The notes beneath the pieces are model-generated. The model searched no databases, was not told the DNA's origin, and saw only the letters and a program-made list of their open reading frames with translations. Made by a program: the position numbers and the translations under genes. A DNA stretch of 44,306 nucleotides, the filler included, from Sphacelaria rigidula (taxonomy: Eukaryota): the NCBI GenBank assembly GCA_964200075.2. It is 2 parts of 2 records of this genome, joined end to end, with 100 filler letters (N's around TTAATTAATTAA, not from the genome) between each part and the next. Parts side by side here need not be neighbours in the genome. Positions count along the whole stretch, not along the records: positions 1 to 22,106 come from CAXNAA020000353.1; positions 22,207 to 44,306 come from CAXNAA020000354.1. The stretch is one strand, 5' to 3'. Shown here piece after piece: positions 15,301 through 25,800 of the stretch (its first letter is position 1; the number at the start of each line of letters is the position of its first letter).

Positions 15301-18300
15301 GTATGATTTGAATCTCATATATACCAAAAGCTTCCGCTTACCTGTGAAATCCGAATCCAGTATACAAGAAACAATCCGCACCCGTAAGATCCGAATCCAG
15401 TGTACAAGAAGCAGTTTTCGGTATCCCTCACCTGCTAACATGTATGACCCTGCTACATGCTGCATGTTCACAATGCCGTAGCTTGACTATTATAACAACC
15501 CGGGCACATGGAACATGAAGTTGATGCCCCAGTGATTTCATAAAGGAGGTACAGATATCTGTACACATGTGTGTATCGCGCACGATTGATTGATGGGTTG
15601 TTGTTTCTCAACGCTTTTCTGAGCTTTGCACGGTAGAGGCCTGATTCATCTGGTAATCCTTGTTTTCGTGTGCCCTGAGCGCTAAACGTCGTGCCGGAGC
15701 GTAATTTATTGTGAAACGGTGAGACTTCTTCACTTCGGTATCAGTAGCAGTAGTGGTGAGACATGATGGTTGTGATTTGCGTAGATGAGGCGTATGGTCA
15801 CTTGTCCCAGCGGCAGTACGGACGACTGTTTTTGTATTCCCTCGTTCAGGGTGCGCACTCATGTGCGGCTGGAAAAAGAAGGGTCGCCATAGCTCTATGC
15901 TCAATTGACACATCATGATGCTGTTCGGCCGACATCTGACAAAAAATCCCGCGGAGAAGTCACTGACGTGTACATTGCCAGCGATGATGAAGCACGGGTG
16001 GCTCCCGCAAGCCCGCCCGATGATCAGCCGTATGACCTTTGTGTCTGCAAGTGATCTTATATTCGTATGACCCGTGTGACCTATACCCACTTCTCGGCTG
16101 GTGACCTGAAGGACCCGGTTTCTCTGTACATCTGGCCTGATCAACGATTTGTATGACCCGTGAGATTTGTACAAGTCCCTTAGATGGTGATATTTATGAC
16201 CCAGCTTTCTTGTACTAGGCTTTCGATCAGTGATTTGTCGGTACATCGCTTCCTTAGACACACCTGTGTGACCCGTATCAGGTGTACTCAGAACGGCGAT
16301 GACAACCTGCGATACCCTCATGACTCGTACAAGATGCCCCCCTCGCAATCGATGGTACCCGGAACACGGGAATCGTTTAATAACTAGTTGCACTGTGTCA
16401 TCCGAATCGTGTAAACGAACGTGTTCACACTCTACCTGTATAACCCGGGTGACACAGATAATGATCTCTCCGACATGTGGTGTGCTCACACATCATTCTG
16501 CGCGTACTGGCATCTTCGTGCATGCATGGCCGCCGCTTGTACTGCTGGCTTAATTTGCTGCTGTATTGAGACGGTAGTATGCTGTTGGCCATAGCTTATT
16601 CACGAACAAGTATGACGATGCGCAGCACATGCGCGGCAACAGCCTGTTCTATGCAAGTGTGGTCTCTTCCCCGGAAACATCTATTCTAAAACTTCCCAAG
16701 AGTGTGTTCGTTTTGCATTCAACCAAGGGTTCGGGTGCTCAAGGGGTTAAAGAAAACTCCCACCTCTTCTACCAGGGCTCCTATTTGCTCTTCCTGCTCT
16801 CTCACGCACTGCTCTAGTCTCTTCACCACTCCCGGAGCGGCTTTAGCATTTTCGTTGCCGGCAATAACCTTTGCACGCCCAGGGGTGTAATCGCCGTGAC
16901 TTCCGCTAGTATCTGCGCACGATTTCCCCGTGCTATCACCCCTCTCGTTTCTCTCGCCACCCTTTGCTGAAGCTCTGTGCGCTCCCCCCGCAACGTGTCT
17001 TCGCCTAGCCACGACGTCCCCAAGTTCACGAATCTTAGCGTCCTTTCTTCGCAGCAGCGCTAACGCCCTTCGAGTTTTCTCTTCGAAGGCTTCGCGCTCT
17101 CGCCATACGGCCAGATCTGTCAGTCGAGCCACACTAGGAGAATCCTTCCGGAGCTCGGAAACCAGGGTCTGTCGAAAGGGAGCGGGGGCGACAGGGTTAG
17201 CAACGCGACGGTGTTAGGACCCTAGGTTCAATTTCGTCTATAGCTGCTGGTGTCATGTACAACGAACATTTGAAGACACGCACAGCTACCCTACAACGAG
17301 TATACATACGGAATAAAAGGCACGCCAACCCGAAATGGTGAGAGATGGGATTGCATGCAACAGCGCAAGCACTGTCTTGCCATCTTTGTCTTCCCGACGC
17401 GTGTACGCGTGAGGCCTGGATCCAACTTCCTTGGCATTTATTTTGTATGGAGAAACCGCGTGTGTTTCATCTGCGCACAGAGTTCTGCATACTGATCGAG
17501 AAAGTGCTGCGTTCAGATGTAGGTGTAAATAGTGTTGCAACTCTTAAGGCAGCAGCTCGTCCGCGGCCAGTTGATATCACTACACCGTTCCGCAGGTTCA
17601 ATCAACCGAAATACACCCCCACGAATAAACTCAACCTGCAGTCGTGTATTTTCTTTCTTGAGATCTTCTATTTCCGCGCCTTGCGTCGACAGCCTGCCAG
17701 ACACTGCCAATCTTCTGTGCGTGCATGCGGCCTGTGCCTGCGCGGGCGACCCGGCGGGCGACCCGCTGACCTATGACAACCGTGCGACGAATACAATCAA
17801 GGTTGGTTCCACGGATTGGAATCTACGGCTAGTCACACACACACATGAAACGTGACATTTACGGACAATTTAATATTTTGTGTTGCAGGTACATCCGATG
17901 CGGCAATGTGTTAGGGCTGCACGTTTATGAAGGGCAGCTCGTGACACCCAATGTGAGCGAGAATGGACATGAAGCCGTTTATATTGCCCAGTTTTTCGTG
18001 TCCACGGGAATGTTCGAAGCGAATCCCAACTTTCTTGGCTGAGCTCTGTTTGAAGTGAGCCATTATATCTCCCTCCATGTGGTGGGAAAAAATCAAGGAA
18101 GTCCACAACTGTCAGCGTAGAATGTACGATTGACGTGATTCAGGCCATGCTGTGAAGCCAAGCCGGCCATGTGTGAACGAATGATGTTTGTACACCTGCT
18201 CATCAAGGACCGGCGGCTCACGAAAGTCTTCAGTCTTCGACCACACGTGAAGGGTGCAGTTAGCGAAAATAGCCAACCGCCACGATAATATCAGCTCTAG

Positions 18301-19483
18301 CGTTCGTACTCACGCTGAGTCCCCGGGGCCTCCAGGGGTCAGGGGCGCGCGAAATTGCAACACGATTCATTCCAAAGCTCAGCATTCTTTTCTGTGAGAT
18401 TTTTTTATCGTAACTCTCGAGCACCAATGCTCTACAACCACACTGTAATTTTTTACGCCGAATGGCCGCGACACCGGGACTGAATCCGAAAATCGCCCTG
18501 GGTGTGCCGGAACGCCTACAGACTACAGACCAATCTTGCTTGTATCTGTTGTATCCGTACCGCAATTTTAAGCTGGATCCAAAAACACATGGTCAACACA
18601 TGGGTAGGTGTTGGAGGCACATCAAATCAGGCTGCGATCGTATCACACTTATACCTGCCATCCGGCTGTTTATCTGGGGGTAGACAACTAACACGACTTC
18701 GACACACGGCACCGTTCGGGGCCAGCAGACTTTATCCTGTACTGCGCACGGTACTGTGCTGTACTGTACTGTCCGTAGTGTAATGAAATTTTCAGGCTCG
18801 GATCCTGTCATGTATTTACCGAAAGTAATAACAACACACCAACACCTCTAACACCAAGAATAGAACCTCACCCTTCAAACTATATTCAAACCTGAACCAT
18901 CCCAGGGATGGCGTCCCAGCTCAATGACACGCGTGGCAGCTGCATACACAGCCCAAACACGGCAGGTCCATCCCATCACAGCATATCCTTATCCTTGCTC
19001 CTTCCTGTACGCGTGCAAGAGTGTCATGTTCCAACCCACGGATGCGGGGACTTTCTCAGGCGTTGTGCTCAGGTAGTGGATCATACCCTATCATTGTTTT
19101 GCTGGTGAGAGCTTGATTGGAGCTGGGGGAGACAGCGGGGGGGAAAGGCACAGCAAGTGGACAGAGGAAAAAATGTACAACAAGGGAGCAAAGTCGGGAC
19201 CTGGAAAGGTGGTGGCTCCAAACAAGCTCTGGCATGCCTTCAAACATAAGAATCTGGATGTTTTCAAGCGTGAGTTGACATGCTGCCTCTCGAAGTCACG
19301 AGATGGCAGGTCGCTAGAGCTAGAGACAGGGAGGGGGGCATAGAAGAGCTTCGACATTTGCATGCTGTCTTCATTTCAGGGCACTTGCAAAAGGTGCCTC
19401 TCGGCATCATTTACCTGTCGATACTTACTGAGCACTGGTTGTTGGCGTAGTGTATTTTGTACTGCTCCCGCGGAAACGTACAT
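321..19483 (-). CDS. Giant (~3,200 aa) coiled-coil protein, centlein/CEP290-like centriolar candidate; 15 well-supported exons plus 2 tentative 5' exons
   Basis: Exons in transcription order, all GT-AG with matching phases: [tentative 19483-19415, 19122-19087], 17770-17636, 17168-16764, 14336-14145, 13727-12819, 12312-12139, 11824-11580, 11092-10109, 9614-8516, 8207-7659, 7232-6717, 6336-6109, 5450-4275, 4107-3893, 3682-1891, 1265-321 (TGA at 323-321). The sum is 9,669 nt, a multiple of 3. E/R/A/L/Q-rich heptad segments alternate with S/G/A-rich linkers. Exon 17168-16764 encodes LRKDSPSVARLTDLAVWREREAFEEKTRRALALLRRKDAKIREL, which resembles the centlein N-terminal motif as I recall it. The gene itself is well supported; the family assignment and start codon are less certain. 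Confidence 0.8.
4954..4996 (-). repeat. Coding (CCG)n(CAG)n microsatellite giving a polyP/polyQ tract
   Basis: Encodes PPPPQQQQQQQQQPQP in exon 5450-4275. Confidence 0.9.
15007..16492. repeat. Degenerate ~1.5-kb element with recurring TATGACCC / GATCC motifs and imperfect terminal inverted repeats
   Basis: TRTRACC(C)-type motifs occur near 15173, 15443, 16030, 16066, 16152, 16195, 16267 and 16439. Left end TGTGTGAACGCACGTCGGACGGATCA resembles the reverse complement of the right end, TGTGTGAGCAC..ACATGTCGGAGAGATCA. Confidence 0.5.
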
Positions 19484-21745
19484 CAAACGGGCAGAATACC
19501 GTTCGCATCGATTTCACCGCCTTATTCACTACTTGTCTTTATATGTGTTTTACTATTGTACTTCTACCGCACCCACCCGAGGTCGCCCTTGTGGACAGTA
19601 CAGTACAGCTGAACAGTCCGTAGAAAGAGAAGTTATTCGCGACCGAGACTGCTCCAGGCGCTCGCTTGTCAGGACATGTCCGGGTGTTGTGCAATTGATT
19701 GGTTGTCGGTCGTGTTTTTTGCTTGCGGTATTTGCCGCGGCAAATGCTGGGTGTTCCCATCCTACGGTGACTGTTGACGAAAAAAGTTCCATGAAACACC
19801 GACAGTTAGCTTTTTTGTATCGCGCCTCTTTGTTGCGTTTGGGGTCAAGTGCTAGGGCTCCACAAGTCTGAAGGCGCTGTAAGCTGTAAGTGCACCACGG
19901 TCGACTATATGTGCCTTATAGGACCCTTTCCCCCCTTCCCGCAGTTGGCTATTCGCAAGAGTTCGCTCTTCGAAAATACCTCTCGGACGGCTGGTCCGCT
20001 GAGGAGAGTGCGTGCTCCGCGATTGTGTCTGCTAGCTATTCGTATCGTACGGTATTGACTGCCCCTTCAGTAAATATATGTCTACGAGTATAATACAGGC
20101 GAAAGAGGCATCATTTTGGTGACATTGGTACCTTCTCGCAACCTTTACCCGAGCTGTGTTGTCCGCATCTGGTCCATGCTAGTATTCTTGCAACCTGTTG
20201 GTTATACATCAGATGAGACACTGCATTGCAATATGGTACACTGTATTTTACCATGCCTAGGCGTGGCGTGGCTCACGGTCGGTTCGTTGAAGTTCATGCC
20301 CAGCGATTTATATTTCATCTCTACGCTCTCGCTATGCTGTACCTTGAAAGGTACAAGTAACTATATTGTGGTTTCTCCGCAAATAACCACGGTACAACAG
20401 GACAGTAGTCAGTAGTCTGATGAAGTCTGCAGCAGAGTTTCTAGCTCCGCCCGGCAACTTCAATCCCCGAGGCTGGCTGCGAGGTCAGCTGTCAAACTGA
20501 CGGGCGCTCACCAATGTGCTTCCATTTCTTTTGTTCTCCACCTGGTTTGTGTGCTGCGCAGGCTGCAGGGGAACAGGCAGGTGTTATATTGTTCGTTTAC
20601 ATATAAGCACAGACAGTAGTATATACCGCCAGACTACTGTCGCCCCCTTTCCGCTCCGTTCCAGAGACCGCTCTAAGGCTGCCCGTTACTACTGAAGGGA
20701 GTCAGTAATTTCGCTGACACCGTGAAGCTTCCTGTCCTTATCGCCCTCTAGACTATGTTTATGTATAGACGTTACTCCACCCTGGGGCTTCTTGAGACGT
20801 GTACAAGGTACAAGGCTTCACCGGCTTTAACAGGGTCGTCTTGACTGGGACGGATTATCTTAAAACTTGATCCCGGGACCGTTCCCGTACGGGTTTGTGC
20901 GGACCACGTCTGTTTTCATTTGTCATGCCTGCGATACCAACAGTGTGATATATTAGACCCTAAAGCACTGCGAGGGTATATCCATCCATCTGCTCAGTCG
21001 GCACCATGTTCACTACATAAAATGGTGGTTTAGCATCGTCGTCCATCTACAAAACAGTATCGGTGCTCGAATGGTTCAAGCCTTTCACCATGCACGTACG
21101 ATAGGCCGTTGCCACGCATGTACCACTCGTCATATTTTAGTTAGTCGCACATGAGCCGCGGCCAGGAGCCGGATTCTCAGTACTGAGTGCACAGCACAAC
21201 AGCAGCGGCCTTTGCGCTATTATTGTTGTACATATGACGAGGAATGTACGAAAAATGTGCGACGACGTAACAGAATGACTGCACGAACGCCGAAGCGCGT
21301 GCCACCCCTCCTTGATATTTCCTTAATCATGACAATAGGTTACTTTTTTTTTACTGCGAGCCTATTGGCTAAAGTTTTACTTTTTTCTATTATTTTGCAA
21401 CATTCTTGGCCAAGCGCACGAATTCTTATTCTCATAGGTGTGCATCTACGCCTACAAGAAGCATCCTTCAAACACTCGCGGAACTGGCTGTTTGATGTCG
21501 TACAACGATTGATTCGGTACGATTTCCAGCCATCGTCCAACCATGGACGTACCCGCTTCAATTAAATAGATAACCTCGTTGAAGGCTACTCGAGAAAATG
21601 ACCCAAACGAAGTACAGGAGGAAACAGACGGGGTAAACTGAAGAACATGAAGACGAGTCGCGTCTGAGAACTAGTGCTAATCGGAAGATACCCCCGACAG
21701 TCCCTTGCCAGGTCTTCGGATAAGGCCGCTTCTTATAGACTTGAA

Positions 21746-21792
21746 AAAGTCTCTGAGAAAAGTCGTCCAAAATGACTTTTCTCAGAGACTTT
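21746..21792. repeat. Perfect 19-bp hairpin
   Basis: AAAGTCTCTGAGAAAAGTC, 9-nt loop, GACTTTTCTCAGAGACTTT. Confidence 0.9.
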
Positions 21793-21998
21793 CTCCAGAG
21801 AAATTAGTTTTCAGAACCCCACCTTATAGTCTACGAAAAAATCCTGGGGATTTGTACACCCGAGGCCATCATCTAGCCTGCGTGCAGACGCTGGTAGTGG
21901 TCAGCATTTGCATTTTGTGCTTGTGCCACCTGCGGCGAGCCCGCGGCAAACCAACACGTCAATATTCCTGTCAAAGTACAGGATGGATGAGATGGCAA

Positions 21999-22011
21999 CA
22001 CACACACGCAC

Positions 22012-22042
<31 letters not shown>
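21999..22042. repeat. (CACACG)n microsatellite
   Basis: cacacacacgcacacgcacacgcacacgcacatgcacacgcaca, read directly. Confidence 0.9.
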
Positions 22043-22106
22043 GTAGCTACTGGTATAATAGGGATCGAAATGATGGGCGTATCAACCCTTACCTCAACCG
22101 ATCGCC

Positions 22107-22206
22107 NNNNNNNNNNNNNNNNNNNNNNNNNNNNNNNNNNNNNNNNNNNNTTAATTAATTAANNNNNNNNNNNNNNNNNNNNNNNNNNNNNNNNNNNNNN
22201 NNNNNN
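22107..22206. other. Assembly gap with artificial six-frame-stop linker
   Basis: N44-TTAATTAATTAA-N44, exactly 100 bp. Further 10-N gaps lie at 33055-33064 and 42283-42292. Confidence 0.95.
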
Positions 22207-22209
22207 ACG

Positions 22210-22517
22210 GCCCAAGTCGACGAGTCTTGAGCTGAAATTTCAGAAAGACCTTCTGCACCCAAGGAACTGATACTTCACAAGTCCAGCTGCAAATTCTCCT
22301 TTTTTTCCTGGACTTGTGGCATCATCTAGTTTTTTTTTTCTGAAATTTCGAATCTCCATAACTTTTTGATTTTTTATTTTTTCATTTGCTGCTCACGTGA
22401 TCTTCTGCATTTCGATCATGAAAAATTGCTGTCAAAATTTCGGCGTCCAACTCCTAATATCTCGCTATGCGTCGCCTGAGTGAGGTTCGCGCCTAATCTT
22501 GGCTGGCCCAGCTCGTA
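22210..22517. repeat. Dispersed ~300-bp repeat (MITE-like), copy 1
   Basis: Reverse-complement homolog of 35037-35333; shared blocks include GCTGAAATTTCA, TTCTGCACCCAAGG, GCGTCCAACTCCTAATATC and TTGGCTGGCCCA.CTCGTA. Confidence 0.75.
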
Positions 22518-22856
22518 TTGATATCTCGAATCAATCTAAAAACGGGATGCCCTGACTCATATTCTAGTGTAGCTCGTAACTTTAGGAGCCCCTCGATGAG
22601 AAAAAACAGTTGGGCTCAAAATACGACCCCCACCGTGGCATGACTCCGATCGGCGAACAAACGTTTGTTTCTCGAGTCACTCATTTCTCCCAGTGCTACG
22701 TGACTGACCACGTAGAGCACCAACAGAGCGCCGAGAAACACCTACATGACACGTAACCATATCTTACTGCTGCCAGACGAGAATATATTCACATCATACT
22801 GCATGTCATCAGACGTTTGTCGATTGGCTATTTCGTTGCTCGTTTCGTTGTCTCAC

Positions 22857-25800
22857 CATGAAGAGAATGAGGGGATCGCTGCCACCCAGACTCCGGTCCA
22901 GAATACAGCCTCGCCAAAATAGTTGGGGTGTCGGCAGAAGCGATAAAGCCCGCTGGAACCAAAACAAGAGGGAAATTGCGGCAAATAAAAAGGATGAGGA
23001 CACGAGGTAATATGGAGACTACGGACTACGCCACCGACAACAGCAGCACAGCCGCATGCAAGTTACCGTGAGCATCGGGGTGGCGACACTGGCAAAGCAG
23101 CGTAACCGCTAGCATGTGTCTGAACAACAACGTCTCCCTGTTTTTACGGCACTGAAGGCCGAAAAAACGCCAGAGAAACAGAGGAATAGCGTCTCGCCCC
23201 TGTTCCAAAATTTGAATTCAGCCATGGAACGTTCACCCGTGTCTATTATGTGTCACCTAGAGGCGGCGTATTGGATAATGGTATTGCGGCTCAGCAGAAA
23301 GAGATGAACGTCAACTACTGCGCGAGGTCGAGTTATAGTTCTGATCTCCTGGATGAGAGGAAACTCAACATTTATACTGGGATGCGTTATGCAGGCCAAG
23401 TTGCGGGAACTCAAAGGCAATGAAGCAGATATCACCATGCAGATAGTCAGGATAGGTCAGTATTGACCTGATCAGCACGTTGGGCCCGAGTCTAATTGCG
23501 CCGTTGTGCAGATCTGAAAGGTTGCTACTGTACCACCGAATTCGAGTCATTACTAGGAAGCTGGTTCCAGGATTGGTCAATAGCAAAAACGGTGACCCCC
23601 GCCCCTCCTTCGTACTCGGAGAGGTCACCAGCCCGCCATTTGGTCACCTTCTCCTATCATCTCTGCTCGCAAATAGAAAACTGCTGGAATCAGGACATCG
23701 TCACTGCGACTACTGTACAGTCTCCAACAGAGTGCATGAAACTTGCGAGTTCTAAACAGGAGTCTCACATGCTCGAATGCATCTATCATCGTATAAGCCT
23801 CCCCGTAATTTAGAGAACCCAAGTACATCCATGTCAATACCGTAGAAAGTCGCCGAAGCGTAACGAGTAGCCCATCACGTGGTATACTTGCTAATGCGTT
23901 GGTTGTTTTCCTGAAAACTTCGGTGTTTTTGTCCGTGGGTACCTGGGGATCTTATTTTGTTTTTTACTACACAGGGGCCAACTCGGGAGAGCCTTTCTAT
24001 TTCCTGTTTTCCTGGCGTCTCTCTCATGGTTTATTTCGTTCTTGATTCGTTGTTTGGGAGTCTCAGAAGAAGAAACCGCTCAGTGAGCTTTTCTATTTCG
24101 TGTAAGGAATGTTAGTGATGGTACTGGAAAGGCGAGCCTACGTCTGTGACTACGGGTTCGAGAGATCGGGCTAGTGTGCGGATATGATAATAATAAAACC
24201 ACAAAAAGCGACGGTGTGGAGCACCATGTGTAGCACACTCCGATGATCTCGTACAGCTCTGGGTAGCTAGTCCATCAGACCCACGCCGAAGACTCGCACC
24301 TAGGCTATGTGAAGCTTACCATAAACCACGCGCCAATATTGACCTTTACGCCAGTGGGGTGTGACTTCGAATATACCACATGCACATCACACGAAGGACA
24401 GATTACCTCAAAAAACGAGAGCATGTTTGCGTATGAAGGCAACCTATACATATCATTCATGCTTGTGCTGCGTGATCCGAAACCGACACCTTGTCCCATA
24501 GTTCCGCCACGTGCCACAAAAGTCAACGAAAGAGCTCACGTGTCACAGAAACGAGTCGGCTGTTTCTTCTTGAATCGCGACTTCTGCCAGTCCGCTATTC
24601 CCTCCACCACCAGACCGACCGCCATAGCTGCTAACCCAACCTGACTCACGCCCAAATATCGGCCCTGCGGGTGTCGAGCAATATGCGTGAGTTACACCCC
24701 AGAGGAGGGGAATAGCATCCTTAATAGAAGTAAGAACAAGGTGCTAAACGCGTACCTCAGGTGGTTCACCCGGTCCGTAGAAGTAACACTGCTGCACAAT
24801 ACTGTCGCCCGGGAAAAATGACACCAGGCTTTCCTAGCAGTCCCATCCGTGCTACATGTGATTACCCTGCTCCACAAACGCTCCCCTTCAAATAGAAGAA
24901 ACACCAATTATGGGGAAAACGCGAGAAACAAAGTAAGGGCATACTCATATCAGAAAAAAACACGAAACAGAAAACGTTGGCATAGCAAGGTAGCATACGC
25001 ACCTCTGCAGGCGGCAGGCGGCGCAGCACGTACACGCTTGGCAAGGCAAGGAAAGCGTAGAGCATCGAGCACACTCCCCAGAACGTGAAAGGCGGACCGC
25101 CAGACCGGGGCGAACTCAGACGTCTGCGACCACGGAAACGGAGAGGGGGGAAAATCTAAGATTCCGAGCGTTCCAGGCTTTCCCACGGAGCTATGCGCGT
25201 TGTTAAAGACGTTGGGCATGACTTCCGCAACCGGGCCTATTCCTGTCACGCGTGTCACCATGGACAGACCGGGCTATCTTGCGTGAATGAGCAATGGGAT
25301 ACAGAGAAGTAACTGTCCTATCGCGTGTGACGCGGGAAGGTCACAACGGCCCATCTTATGGCACATGAACTGCGCCTGGGTTATTCAATCGTGTACCACG
25401 AACGAGGTCATTTCCACGTGTACTCAATAGTTTGGTTGTGCTTTGTTGTCGACTGCTCAACCAATCACAGCCACTACCAACACCAATACTACTTGCGGCA
25501 CCGAAGCACGCGTGGTACGAGCAATCGAAATTGACACATCAGCAAACATCACGCCAGGTACCCGCAACTTGCAGGAATGCTTGTCGTTGATACGAATCAA
25601 TCACATGTGACTGACTCCAGAAAGTACACGACACATCAGCCAACACTGCCAAAGACCGTCCAACAGGAATAGCTCACGCAACATCCAACTGCAGAACAGG
25701 TTCCTTACTCCTACAGATCCAAACAAAACCCACATGATACTACAGGCGTCATTTTCCTCACTTCCTTAAATCCTGGAACGAAGGCAAAGTGTCTCTCCAT

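Noticed and set aside
15608-16489. 293-aa minus-strand ORF in an intron
   Set aside because: It overlaps a degenerate repeat, has no recognisable domain, and is not needed for exon phase continuity.
14995-16492. CRISPR-like array
   Set aside because: The context is eukaryotic, the motifs are short and irregularly spaced, and there are no cas genes.
19676-20700. Possible small plus-strand spliced gene (strong acceptor at 19944; peptides GYSQEFALRKYLSDGW and PPGNFNPRGWLRGCR, faintly like SelW or PIERCE1; an in-frame TGA-R-R-C)
   Set aside because: The model needs a 59-66-nt intron and a weak acceptor. The expected CxxU or YRTSN..YG motifs are absent, and the UxxC frame stops early. It may be a divergent non-coding transcript; RNA-seq is needed.
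22151-22162. TTAATTAATTAA palindrome inside the N run
   Set aside because: It is centred in a 100-bp gap and gives stops in all frames, so it is an artificial scaffolding linker.
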